A stretch of 64,000 bases of DNA from Raillietiella orientalis. Taxonomy: Eukaryota. The position numbers and the translations under genes were made by a program. The stretch lies in NCBI GenBank assembly GCA_036172245.1, contig JAYWIR010000004.1, forward strand, positions 1,922,001 through 1,986,000, in the 5' to 3' direction. Below the pieces are notes generated by a model, which saw only the letters and a program-made list of their open reading frames with translations, searched no databases and was not told the DNA's origin. Below, piece by piece: positions 12,893 through 25,687 of the stretch. Positions within the stretch are counted from its first letter, which is position 1; the number at the start of each line of letters is the position of its first letter.

Positions 12893-12918
12893 TCTCTCTC
12901 TCTCTCTCTCTCTCTCTC
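12893..12918. repeat. (TC)n microsatellite
   Basis: Uninterrupted TC run; short (GTGC)n and (AC)n runs lie just upstream at about 12735-12802. Confidence 0.95.
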
Positions 12919-14210
12919 GTCCTTTCCCGCAGAACACTGTCGCACACGTTCGCAAAGTGGGGTCGAAAATAGACAGAGTGTCTGATAGGAACGGAGTGTT
13001 TATTTATATCCGATAAAGTAACGCGCATTTGCGTGTTCTCACTTGCGCTTGTAAACAACCGTTGTTATGGCAACCTTCCGCAATCCGGATTTTTGCGTGT
13101 GGGGGGGCTAGCTGGCGTGCTAGCCACTCTGTATGGTGAACACGTGTTTTTCGAAGAGGAGCACGCGTCCCGAGAAACAGGCTACCTTTGGGGGGGAGGT
13201 GGGGAAGAGGAGGAGGAGCGGGAGGGAGGGAGAGACTGAAACAGATTGAGCGACGTCGCCCAAGTTCCTTTTAATGCCTCTCCATTCGGAATGGATAACG
13301 GCACGGAGACTGTGCCACAGCGATGAAAGACGGAAGAACTGCGGCTGTGCAGAGCATCTAGGAAAGCAAGGATGAGATTTGGCGCTCGCGTTGTTTTCCT
13401 GTCCCCTCCTCTGTGCTCTTCGGATCGACTTGCCTTGCACGGCAGAGGGGAAACCGGTACGACGCCCGAAGCGGCAGCGGCCCCTCTCCGCAGAGGACTG
13501 CAAAGCGTGGTCTCCTTCTCAGGGAGAGAAGACAACTTCGCGTGCGTCTCGCCCACCCCGGCCCAGTTCGCGCACCGTCCCTCTGCGAGCCAGCGGGAAT
13601 GGGGAGGTGCCGAGAGTGGACCTCGGGATTGCGGACCTTCGGTTAAGCAAAGGTTCAAACGCCAGATGGATCTCCAGCTCCGAAAAATTCGCAATCGCCC
13701 TCCGGGAACCGCGAAACGAAACAGGAAGACACGCGTCAAACCGATTATTCTCTCCTCTGTGGAAAAGAAAGGAAGAAGAAGGAGGAGGAAAAAAAAGCGA
13801 AAATCTTGCACAGCTATGTGGGAAGGAGGACGGAAGAGAGGGAAAGGGTTCGGAGATGTGAAACATCTGCAATCGGCAATTGAAATACGTGCATGCAGCC
13901 GGGATCACGAGATCGCTATCGACGCGGTTGCACATGCACTCCTGCTTGCGCGATGCGAAAACACACGTGCGTTGCATATTCAAGGATTCGAGAAAAAATT
14001 AACGGAACGGGATTGAGCAGGCTAAGACTTGGGGCCAACAGCTGCTCGAAACTGGAGAGGGGGACGAAAGGCATCAGTTTCGTTTTCAGTGAGCTGGCAT
14101 CAACCCGGGAGGAAATCGCTCTGGCTTGCGATGACCTCAGCGCAGCACATAATTTTTGTTTTTGTTTTCGCTAGAGCTCTCCGAGCAGGGCCGTTGCGAA
14201 CACCAGCCGG

Positions 14211-15090
14211 GCGGTCTCCTGCCCGCGGATCGACGAACGGTGGTCACCTCTGCCTCCCCTCGAAGGGTGGTCGTTTCGGAAGCGTCCCCATGTCGGAAGC
14301 AGTTCCGGTGGCCTCCTCGGTGAGAAGAATGAAGCGGTCCCGACGATGCCCGGTCCCTCACCCCCGCCTCTTCCTCAGCGTGTGGAAGCCTCTTCGCAGC
14401 TGTCCTCTCACGCAGCGCCACTCGGATCTGCTGGCAGAGAGGCTGTCCCCAACGCAGACAGGTTGCATCCGGTTCCAGACACCACGCTTCAGTCGATCCA
14501 AGTCTGGAGGGAAAAAGTCTCATGAGCTGCCGAGTCCTGGAACCTCCTCTCTTCCCCTCTCATCCCGGATTTGCGTGTCTGAGCGAAACGCGACGTCCCC
14601 GCGGGTGCTCTCTCGTGCGCGCGTTCTCTTCCCCGCTTCCTGAAATCACTCGAAAAGCAGCAAACGAGATGGGTTGGGGGGGCTCGTTTATCCAGAGCTT
14701 CTCCCGATCCGAAACATGTGGCTCCCAATCACATGGGACCACGGCCTCAGGAATACCCGAGGGCAAGCAGAAGTCGGCAGCGGCTCGGATTCACGCAGGC
14801 GAAGGAACAAAAATAGAAATCTGATCGAATCCGTAGGAGGGCGAATGAGTGCACCGAAAGAAGGCGCAGAGCGCTGGGGCTTCAGCTGATGCTGCTGATC
14901 AGCAAGCACGGCGTGTTGGCTCGTACCGTCTCAGGAGCAATGCGAGGTGCGACCCACGGAGCTGAGACACGCCTGGTGGGCGCTGCCGATCGGGTTAGTC
15001 TCCGCGTTCCTAACGGCAGTCTCCGGACCATGGATCGACGAACGGTGGAGCCACCTCTGCACTTCCCCTCGAAAGGGAGACAGAGGTGGC
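14211..15090. repeat. Dispersed direct repeat of about 60 bp (14211-14267 and 15016-15077); second copy forms a stem-loop 15050-15090
   Basis: Shared core GTCTCC..GGATCGACGAACGGTGG..CACCTCTGC..TCCCCTCGAA(A)GGG; GCCACCTCTG (15050-15059) is the exact reverse complement of CAGAGGTGGC (15081-15090). Confidence 0.8.
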
Positions 15091-18000
15091 CTCTGCCCCC
15101 CCCCCAACATCTCGTCAAACCTGACAGGGAGGTCAGGTTTGACGAGACGTTGGGCATCGGCTGTCCCGGGCCTGCACGGTAGCGGGGATTCACTCCGCGC
15201 TCAGCGCTCGCGGGCGGTCAGCTCGCGCAGCGATCGCTTCGTTCGCGCGTCCGCCAGAGGCAAGCACGCTCGCCTCTGCTTCCGGTCAGGAGGATTCCAG
15301 GAAGTTCCCCGAGGCGACTCGCTTGGCAAATTTCTCGCGTGGTCTTGAGACGTGTACCTGGAGCGCGGGGGGCGCCCCCCCCAGGAGGACATCTTCCTCC
15401 CCGGAAGAGCTTCCAAATCCTGCCGATGTCTTCCGTTTTCCCTCTTTTTCGGATGTCCGTCTTTCGTGAAGAACCGAACCGTGCGTGGGCCCTGCTTGAA
15501 TCAACAACGCAGCTGCAAGGACTGGTAGAAGAGCCAGATCTTGTGGCGGTGGGGATATCGCGTCGAGCCAGTTTCGGTCTTGGGACGAACTAGCGTGAAT
15601 CACCAGGAACGCAAACCTTGCACACGGCAGCAAGATCTCCAAGAAACCAGGTGGCTACAGAGAGCTTTCGCTGACAAAATGGTGCGATCTTAGGAATGCA
15701 GGAGAAACATTGGCAAGCACCAAACAGCTCCTGAAGAAAAAAAGAAAAGAAAAGAAAACAGGACAATTCGGAAAAAAGACTCCCTTCTGCCTACATGCGT
15801 GCTGGACTGGATGCGTTGCCGACTGCTGTAGGTCCCGAGGTCGCAAGTGGGATCGGTGAGGTTCCATCGAGATCAAAAGGAAATAGAAGGCGGAAACGAA
15901 ATGGTCCGCAGGCAGACCACTCGGCTTGGCGTGTCCAAAGGGCGAGCGGAATGCGTCGTCGCAAATGGAGGCTGGCATCGGAAGCAAAACGTCGCATGGG
16001 AATGTTCTGTCCTCACCGCCTCCCCCACAATCCCACCCACCTTCGGAATCGAGCGACCGCGTCGGGGAAATCACGCCCACTCAACCTTGCGTTCGTGGAG
16101 TGATCACCATCTCATGATGACGCAGCAAGGAGGTCCCGAAAGGACGAAACAGAATCGGAAATATGGAAGTGGCACCACGCGGCCACACCTTAGCCCGGTC
16201 CGCGCAGGACAATCCCGCTTCACTCGTCCACCCAAACGGACCTTGCTGAGACGGAGGAGCACGCGGTTCTTCCCCGCTTGCTCATACCAAGGATGAACGA
16301 AGGGAAATGGGAAAGGAAAGCAAAGATCACCGAACCAGAAACTGCGAGCCAAACTTCCCAGAGAATTCACGAAATTTCGGTTTTGCTGCCGGTCGTGCAG
16401 AACCAGATCTTCCTGAAGCCCTCGATCGGCTCCTCGGGTCACTTGGATTGAGACACAGCGATGTAGTCTCCGAAAGCAGCGCTTCATCTCCCTACTTGCC
16501 TCCTGCTTCGGAAATCCATTCGTACTCTGGGAACAAAGCAGTGGATGGTGAGGAAGAGGGAGCGGGGAGGAAATCCTTTTCACCCCGTAATCTAACTGCT
16601 GCGGAAGGGGAGGAAGGACACTTCGCCTTCCCTTTCGGGCCCGATGGCTCCTTCCCGAATCCTCATGAGCCCTAAACTTCGATTTGACGAAATTCGCAGT
16701 TGCCATTTCCTCCTTTCCCCTTTCCTTGCCTTCATCCTCAACGACTCCCAACAAGATTCTCACAGGATTATTCCGGGAATTCCCTGGAAGGCTGGAGCGG
16801 AAGTTCGAGAAAAGAGCAGGAGCCATGTGACCTGACTCGCTTCCCGCTTCGACCGGAGGAGCGATTTCCGGGTAATAAGGGGAACCTGTGAGCTGAAATT
16901 CCGTTCCTTTGCTGAGATGAGGGTCTCGAACTTGCAGATCTGTCTGCGTCTCACAGCTGCTACGTTCGCAGTAGGGGACCGCTTGTCGGCTCCATTCATC
17001 AAAGTTGCCATCCACCCGGGATGGAGCACCACGAGACGACCATTGCAACAAAAGAGCCTTGGGGACGTGAAAGCTCGCGTATTCCTGGATGAGAGTCCCA
17101 GGAGCTGCGAAACAAAGTCACGAAAGAGATCTGGGTATCGATCCATAACTCCACTACAATGCAACGTGGGGATCGAGAAAATCCGTCCTTGGAGCATTGC
17201 CCAGAATTTCGGGATCTGTCAAATGGCCTCAAGGTTTACTACTTTTTTTCTTCCTCTTGAAGCTGATGTTTTTACTCCCTTAATCAATTCCAGCAGCCGC
17301 TTTCGTATCCTTCCTTTGCCTTTTTGGCTAAGGAAAGCGGAATGACCTCCGAACTAAGCCCTCTTTTTCGGCATCTGGAGACACAAAAAGTGCTCCTCCA
17401 TGACGGAAAAATGCTATGGTGGACCCTGGCGACGTCAGAAGAAATGGGAACTGCCTGCTGACACTGCAGTAACGTTTTGAAGGAACGCCGATCGTCTTTG
17501 CGGGTTACGTGACCGTCGCCCGTTGCATTTCTGGCACAACTGCCTCGGAGGCGCGGCAAACAGCATCTGTTATTCCTTGCGTCAGCCTCGAAGTGATGGA
17601 ATCAAGAAACTTCAGTCCTGGTACTGGTAGCTGGCTGTAACTACCGCCTGCACTTTCGATTCCCTATCAGAAACCACCTCGTATATTCTGGAAAGAGCAA
17701 CTGAAGGAAAAAGCTGATTAGCTCAGCGATGAAGAATTAGACAAAACGCATCTTCCCAAAGGCATTTAATTCCATTCGTCTCTTACAGCAAGTGCCAAAA
17801 TACGGTACTCTGACCAAAAAAACAGAAGTTGGCAGAATTTCCAAAACACCAAGGATAAATTATGTGAGGCATTGACATCTGCTCTTTCACTCCTTCCTAC
17901 TAGTTTTATTTTACTTGTTGAGACTTGACTCTTTCTTTTTCTTTTTTTTCTTCTTCTTCGTCTCCTTGGTTCAAATTTTGCTGTTTTTCCACTTCAGCTC

Positions 18001-21000
18001 TGAGAATACAAAGTAAAGAAGAACGCAAAATCTACCCATAAAGCTGTTTAGTGTAGGGGATGCTCAAGTTTTCTTAGTAGGAACTGTCACCAGAAACAGT
18101 CGCTGATCTTGTCCTCTGATGGGAATGAAAGTGAAAAGCAAAAGGAGAAGGAAAGTCTTGATGGATTGATGATGCACAAAATCAAAATACATCCATCTGC
18201 TGGCTGAAAATTACGACGCGAGACTCAATGATGAAGTGATCGCTTATCTTGATGCGTCTTGTGAATATTAATGAGCTTTCGAAAACATGCTTAAGGAGAA
18301 AGACCTCAGAAGAAAGAACGTGAGATGGCATTCCCGAACTTGTTGATGGCTCATGAAAAGAGATTGTTGATGGAATCACTGTTGCAAGAATAAGGACCTG
18401 AGTGATGAATGCAAAGAAAGTACTGAATCCGTGCTGAATTCAGCTACCAATGCTAGCCAAAGGGATCTGAAGATGGATGCTCTTGAGAAGAAGAATAGTA
18501 AAACCTACTTCACAGGAATATAGGACCTGCCAGTCCTGATCTCTACAGCCGCCTAAAGCTATGCAAAAAACCCTTTGTAGTGAACCTTGTAAAGTCACGC
18601 GAGTGAAGGAGAAACCATCGAAAACTGAACTCCCATACAAAGCAAGGCTGAAAGCACATAAATGGTCAAACGAACTTGATGATCTTGATGTGACGATTAC
18701 AAGAGGAAGGAAACGGAGGATTAACTCACAGTTTAAACTTGAAATATATCAGAGATTGAGCCTGTATCAACGCAAGAACCAGAATCCAAATAAGAGATCG
18801 GATGAACAAGTTCCAAGAGTTTTGTAAACCTCCCTCCCCGAATTATTATCCAGTTCTGGTTCGAAGTTAGAATTCCTCGGTTTCGAAAAATTAGTTTTCC
18901 GTCATAAATTTCCAGCATCTACAGCTCTGAGCTACTTTGCCTGTTTCTCAGAAGTCGTCCTTAAGAGTGAAGTCGGCGTTTCCATCGTGGGGATTAAAAG
19001 TGAAACTGAAACAGCCGAATGAGGAAATTTGGTGTGAGAATGACGATCTCTGTCAATAGGAAGAAAGTTTTTGCATGAGAGGGACGGCAAATCGCTGGAG
19101 CGAATGTTTTTCAGGCAGGAGAGAGCAGGTCGGGAAATCGGACAGAGGGGCATCGAACATGAGTGAAACGGGTTCTCGGTGGTGCCTAACAGAACTGAAG
19201 TTTCACGTGACGGAGCTCTGAGAAACGAGTGGAAAGGTGGCTGACAAATGAATCTTCCCTTTCATTGCCTTTAGTGAACCGTAATTTTATTTTGATGGGG
19301 AAAAAGCTGCACTATAAGGAGTGAAACAAACTCGGCTAGGTTGACAAAAAACCCGATACCCAATAAAGTCTCGAGTTTTTGCAGCACTGCCACCTTGGAC
19401 TCATACCCTTTCAAAATAAACTGGGCAATGCTTCACGGACCTGTTCTGGGATAAACGAAATTTTCCAAGTAGTTTGTATTCGGCAGTCTAACCAAAATTT
19501 CAGCCACTCTGGATCCGCTGAACAGGGATGATCCGAGCTTTTGCTCCTTGAGGAATCCTTTGGAATGGATCCCTGAGTTGTTTCGTACATCTTGAATTTA
19601 CGAAAGTAGCTTAGAAAAAGCCTCTATAGCTCCTAATAGGATATTTTAGGACAGACCCTGTTCGAACTCATCAAAGACCGCCTGCATACAAGATGAACCG
19701 AATGATGGTACTCTCCCTGTGGCAATACGCATGTCCTTTGTTTGAACCAAAGACATCGATGCTTGAGGGTCATCCCCAGCTTGCTTTGCAAACTCGAGTG
19801 TAGCTGTAAAGAAGAAGCAGAAGAAAACACGAGATTCGTAGTGTGCTGCAATCAGATACAATCCCATGATCAAGTGAACTGTAATAATTACAAACACAGA
19901 CGGACATGCATGCGAAGTGGCGTGCCGATGCGCGGAAACCGCCTACGGGTGTGACGGCATGGATGACTTGGAAGACCAAAGACGACAAGTCATACAAAAT
20001 GCAGGAGAGAATGCTTCCGTTTCAGACGGAAATTTGAGGCATTTGAATTCCGCATTCAGTTGCTGAATTCAAATCCTCTGAAACGTTTCCATAATTTTGC
20101 CTGTGTTGTATCATGCAGGTACTACCCGCACCGCAAGGTATATTACTTCAGTTCAAAAATAATGCTTAGAGATTGTATTTCTTCATCCATTGACATCGCT
20201 TGTAATCTGAACGGTATCTGATAGGGAAAAAAAAAAATTCACATTGCAGTGTATTTGTTGACCTTTTCGATTCAACTTCGACGAATCGAACGGAGGATAC
20301 AATCTGCACGATTTTACCATTCCATCCAACTTCGAGCTTGCTCTGGGTCAGTGTGGAACCACTAAAGAACCACATTAGAAATCACATCAGGAAAAGCTTT
20401 CCAAAAGCTGCCTTTGTATCTACAATCCCTGAATCATAATCACAGTCTATCGCCATACACTGGTGCATCTTTAGAAGGCAAAAACCAATTCGAAAGTAAA
20501 ATGCCAAGCACTGCAGCACCGAGTCCACTTTCCATTACTCATTATGCTGCAGAAACACGAGGAAGAAGCTGGGGTCCTCTTGAGAAAAAACCGCAAGAGA
20601 TGCTAAGCAATACGAAGGCAACCAGCCTTCAGGAATACTTAGCTCTGCCTTGAGAACTGAAGCAACGCATCATGCACAGCGTCTACTCTGTAAAATTCCG
20701 AAATGCCTTTCTCTCAGTTTGCACTTTGTTTCAGGGCGTTTGAATTTCGGAATCGACGTCTTATGGCGCATCTCATTTTCATGAGGCAAAACGGTTACCA
20801 TGTTATCGCTTCATGAAATCAGGGCAGCCACTTGCGAACGAAAACTTGTGGTTGGAGTCAGATGCGGATGATTTCAGTAGTTCGGTCACATCACATGCCA
20901 AAATTTTGAGAAAAAAAAAAAAAAAATCCACCGAAAGCGTTTGAAAACTGAAATGTGTACGTAATCCAGTAATTCGCAAACCTAGATTCGAGTTGACCAC

Positions 21001-22322
21001 CCTGAAGTTCTTTTTCCACTGAATAATTACCCAACTTTTGCTCCAAAGAAGCTGCTCTTACAAATGACGTTTCGCCAGCGGGAACCAAATCTTGACGTCA
21101 CGTGTGTCGATGCATAAGCAATCTGGTTGTTTCATCATGGGCGCCTCATGCGAACAGCCCACAAAGGCTTTTGAATTAAAAGTCACTGAACAATGACGCA
21201 CAATTTAAATTAAAAACTCATACTTCATACTTCAGTGCAATTCTCTTTCGAGTCTTTTTGGATACAAGAAGTGCGAACTGATTTATCAAGCGTTTTCTCA
21301 CTTAAAATCATGTTTAATACTTTTAAAACGAAAAGATTACTGATGTGTTTACCTACTATTCAAGTCAACTAATTGGATCGGGATCACGGAGATACTATTC
21401 ATTTTAAGCAATTATATCAGCTTTCCATCACACCATGGACTACTGAAATGAGGCAACTTCCCAACTGCAACTATGGCCTAAACTGGTTCAGGATTTGTGC
21501 GCCAATTATTATTATTATTTGACTACTTATTTAAGAAACAATCCAAATCATGATACTCTGAAGTTGGGGATTTCATGTGATTTATGTTATATAGAACTTA
21601 AATGAAGCTCAAGCACTAAACATACACAATATTTATTCACTTTCATATTACGAATTTATTTTGGCTGAAACAATCTTGACTGAACAATGAATGAAAAGAG
21701 AAAAACATATTCAATCTAACGTGGATCAAAAGACTGCAGTTTTTTGTATTTTTTTTTTTTAATCTTCTGGAATATTTCTGGAAACTGAAACTTTAAACTC
21801 CATGGGATTCCGATCCGTTCCTATAACACAATCGCTGAACACTTGAGATTTTACAATTCTGCAAACCGAGGCAACAACCATCGCAAAAGGCATCATATGT
21901 AATATGCTGAGAAATCAAAACTGAGTTTATCCCTTAATAATCAAACAAGATTCAAAAAACAACACAAGAAATTCTGTCAAACAATTTTTTAACTGTTCAT
22001 GATATTTTTGCAATGTACAAACACTTTTTATATCATGAGTTTTGCATTACATCAGAAAAATACAATTTCAATTTCTTCAAGAGATTCAGTCTTTACAAAG
22101 AAGCAATGCAATGCTTAAAGATACAGCAACATAATCTGAAATGCGTAAATTAGCCCTATCTATTTAATGATGTACTGCCCAGATGGTACTAGTGAATTAC
22201 AACAATAAAAAAATTCGGGTTCCACCGAACAGTCCTTAGTTTAGAGATTACAACCAACAAGGATGTATTGAACTCTCATCTACATATGTTGATAATACGA
22301 AATTAAAAAGATATGGAAATCA

Positions 22323-24411
22323 TCAATACTTCTTGGTCATGTTGGGAGCAAAACTGCCACCAGTACCACCTCCACCATAGTAATTACCAATAGGCATTTG
22401 CCCTAACAATCCTTGACCACCAAAATTCGCACCTTGTTGAGGAAAGGAGGGTTGCATGTACCCGCCCCCACTTGGTTGAGTATTAACAGAAGGCATTCTC
22501 ATCAAATTTCCTTTAGGTAATGCACCTGCACCACCAACTCCAAGAGTTTTTATCAAATTGGGGCCATTTTGCATAAGGTTCTCCAAAGCCTTTTGCACAC
22601 TGGGATTGTTAAAATTAATATTTCCTGTGGATGCTGGTTTGCTTGCAGTTAGACTGGGTGGTGGAGCTCCGCCTTGAACCCAAATTGAATTACTAACTGG
22701 AGGAGTAGGACCTGCAGGAACAGTTCCTGCACCAACTCCTGCATTGCCTGAATTTAAGATATTCAGAATTCGCTGTTGAAGCTCAGCCTGTTGCTGTGCA
22801 ATAACTTTATCTGCAACAATAATGAACACTCCATGAATCTTTAGCTTCATGTCATACCTGGTACTTTATTTGGTGTCATTTGAGCTGCTTTCAATCCTGG
22901 AGCATTGATATCCACCAAGAGTTTATCACGTCGCTCTTTAAAGTATGCTAATATACGATCCAAATCCTGCGCCGTCAAAGGGCGTCGATCCAAAGCTATA
23001 TTCAAAAGGATGGTAATATCATCAGGAACTTTTTCAACTTTATTGAGAGGAGTGGGATCTGGCAATAGACCCATTCTTTCGGTTCGAATTTGTGGGCCTT
23101 GAATTGGATTGGGAAGAAGACCCATTCTTCCTGATGGGGGAAGTCCCATTTGACTGTTCATTTGCCCTCCCAGCTGATTCCCCAAAGCATTTCCCATTTG
23201 GCCTTGTGATCCAAAGTTAAACGCTTCGCAATCCTGAGCCAAGATACTTAATGCTTCTTCAAGAGGAATGTTGTGATATTCTACACACATAATATACATG
23301 TGAAAAAACTACTTGAGGTTGCTTACCCTGAGCATTTCCATATAGTACATGTAAATTTAAGGTTTTACGTTCATCATTCTGAGGTGTGATGATAATTGCA
23401 TATCGACAGCCTCGATTTGCTATATCCATCAGCAAAGATGAAAGAGGAGCTCCATCATTCAAAAACAGAAGGTCAACAAATATACCCATTGACTTCAGCT
23501 GTCTTTCCACACCCTCAGCATATGGTCTACATGTACATCCATCAGACAACAAGTCTTGAAATTATCAGAATACCTAGCCATTTTACCAACAACAATAATT
23601 TCACAATCAATTCCCTGATGAGCTTCAACTGGTGCTTGAGGTGGCCCTGGAGGTCCTGGTACAAAAGCATCCCTGAATGAATTACTAACACAGACTAAGC
23701 AATTACAACATATGACGGACTCACTTATACATAGGACCTTCCATGCCACCCATGAAAGGATTTCCACCATCTGGAAACGCATTGCAGTTTCCGAAATTAT
23801 CAAATCCAGCTTGATTGAATCCCATATTTGGAGGCTCCCTCATGCCTCTTGATCTACAACATGAGTAAATAATATGTTCATTAAGAAAAATTCAAGTGCT
23901 TTACCTATCATTCCAAATGGGAGTATCCATTGGAGAACGACTACGATCACGACGATCTTTGCGATCCAAATTCCGATTTCGATCCCATCGTGTAGATCGA
24001 TCTCTATCTCGTTCTTTTGGTCCCACAGAACCTTTTCGCTTGGCAAATTCAACTTCTGCATTTGGGTCTGACTTTAATTTCAATCCAACATGAACTTACC
24101 TAAGCGAAATCCCTTATAGATTTTCCCATGTTCATTTTCAATTGCTGCTTTTGCTCCTTGAGGTGTTTCAAATTGCAAAAATGCAAAATTTTTATGTAAA
24201 GAAACATCTAAAGGCAAATTGGTATCTTGTTCAAACATGGAGATGCATATAACTAACCTACAATGCCTCCGTATTTACTAAATTTTTCTTCTACTTCTTC
24301 TTTGGAAACATTAGGATCTCTTAATCCACCTACAAACACTCTTACTCCTGACTCAGTATTGTCAAATCTTCTGCGGTCTGTTGGACTTCTACTCCTGTTC
24401 CGGCGACTCAT
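22323..24411 (-). CDS. NCOA5: Nuclear receptor coactivator 5 / Neosin homolog, copy A (compact); RRM + RD/RS tract + anticodon-binding-like domain; 8 exons, about 583 aa
   Basis: Exons (minus): 24411-24258, 24207-24100, 24055-23905, 23853-23725, 23672-23574, 23526-23327, 23280-22858, 22810-22323; all GT-AG, frame continuous. Motifs: RVFVGGL/KNFAFLQF (RNP2/RNP1), DCEIIVV, YAEGVERQLKSMGIFVDLLF, EYHNIPLEEA, LDRRPLT...YFKERRDKL, QAELQQRILNILN, INFNNPSVQKALENL. Confidence 0.92.
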
Positions 24412-24999
24412 TGTCACTTCTTAAATTGCAGTCTAAATACTTACAAAAACTAGAAGCAGTTTTTTAAAATGCGGATACTTTATCAAATAAAGCATAAATA
24501 ATACAAGAAACATTTACTGTACTGATTTTCATTGAAAATCAAGAACATTCAGGCATACTTCACTTTTCATAAACATGATTAAAATACGAAAAATGAAGCT
24601 GAGGGTGCTATACAGCCTGCTGGTACATTTCTGTACCTCCCCTCATATAAATTTTAAAAAGGACATAAGTAAAGGCTTAGTTGACTTACTGTATATAGAT
24701 GATATTAGAATTTTCTGCCACTTACCAAATATTGATGTTCTAATTAACCTGCAATGATCCTGTAAGCAAACAAACAAAACATAAATTCATTATTATAAGT
24801 TGCATTGTAGTAAATATGAAACACACACACATTTAACTGTCTGCTGTCGGTAGATATGACACTGCTTTCAAGGTTTATTAAACACACAATTATTAAAAGG
24901 CCTTTGTCTGTTAAGAGCCACAGAAAATTTGTCACTACATTTCTGTGTATACCCATCATTTGATGATAATCCTAGTGCACATTAGACAGTCACAAATTC

Positions 25000-25125
25000 A
25001 CGATTCGAAAATTCGGAACAGTTTGTGTATATCTGTGTACCCTCATACAGTCTATATATGCACAATGTGAACACACACGCAGTAGTAGCCATTTCTGAAA
25101 TTTGTAGAGGGGAAATTACCGTTTT
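25000..25125 (-). promoter_or_regulatory. Possible NCOA5-A promoter
   Basis: Local CpG cluster and AAATGGC (minus, 25088-25094) between the two paralogs; a TTTAG acceptor at about 24433 suggests a 5' UTR intron. Confidence 0.3.
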
Positions 25126-25634
25126 GGTTAACAAAAAGTGAATCACTGAAGCAACTTTCAATAAGTTGTATAATAACTTTCAATGGCCAAACTAAACTGG
25201 TAATACAGCACTTATTCTCCTTTACTTAAGATGGATAAAGGCTTGTAAAATCAAGAAAAATCGAATGTTAACTTGCCTATTGTAATATTCAGATAACTAC
25301 TTTCAAAATCTAAAAAATACTCATGGGTCAATCATTCATAACTAACATTTCCATATTCTATGGTTGCATATCATTACTAAAAATAAAACATTAAAGCAAT
25401 TTACTGCTATAATATAGCATGCCATGGAATGGTTGAATGCAAGCATTTTAGGCTCTTTCACTCAATGTATGTTACCTAGTAGTAGTTGCAATGGCCAAGA
25501 AAATGTTTGGGACACGCCAATAAAAAGGAATCAATCATCCAGTTCTTCATTTTCAACTGAAGTCTTCAGCTCGAACCTAACTTCATTCAAAGTAAGAAAC
25601 AAAAAGAAACAAAAAAAGAATATCAAGATATGAT

Positions 25635-25640
25635 TTTATT
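25635..25640 (-). terminator. Candidate polyadenylation signal, NCOA5-B
   Basis: AATAAA on the minus strand about 50 nt after the stop; AT-rich context lowers specificity. Confidence 0.35.
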
Positions 25641-25687
25641 ATTTCACTTAGCATTCTGAAACACTAGTATGTTAAACTGACAAAGCC

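Noticed and set aside
3100..17100. Many long overlapping ORFs (e.g. 3979-5196, 9129-10226, 11366-12775, 16104-17051)
   Set aside because: Arg/Pro/Gly/Ser-rich, present in several frames at once, no domains; explained by stop-codon scarcity in GC-rich DNA.
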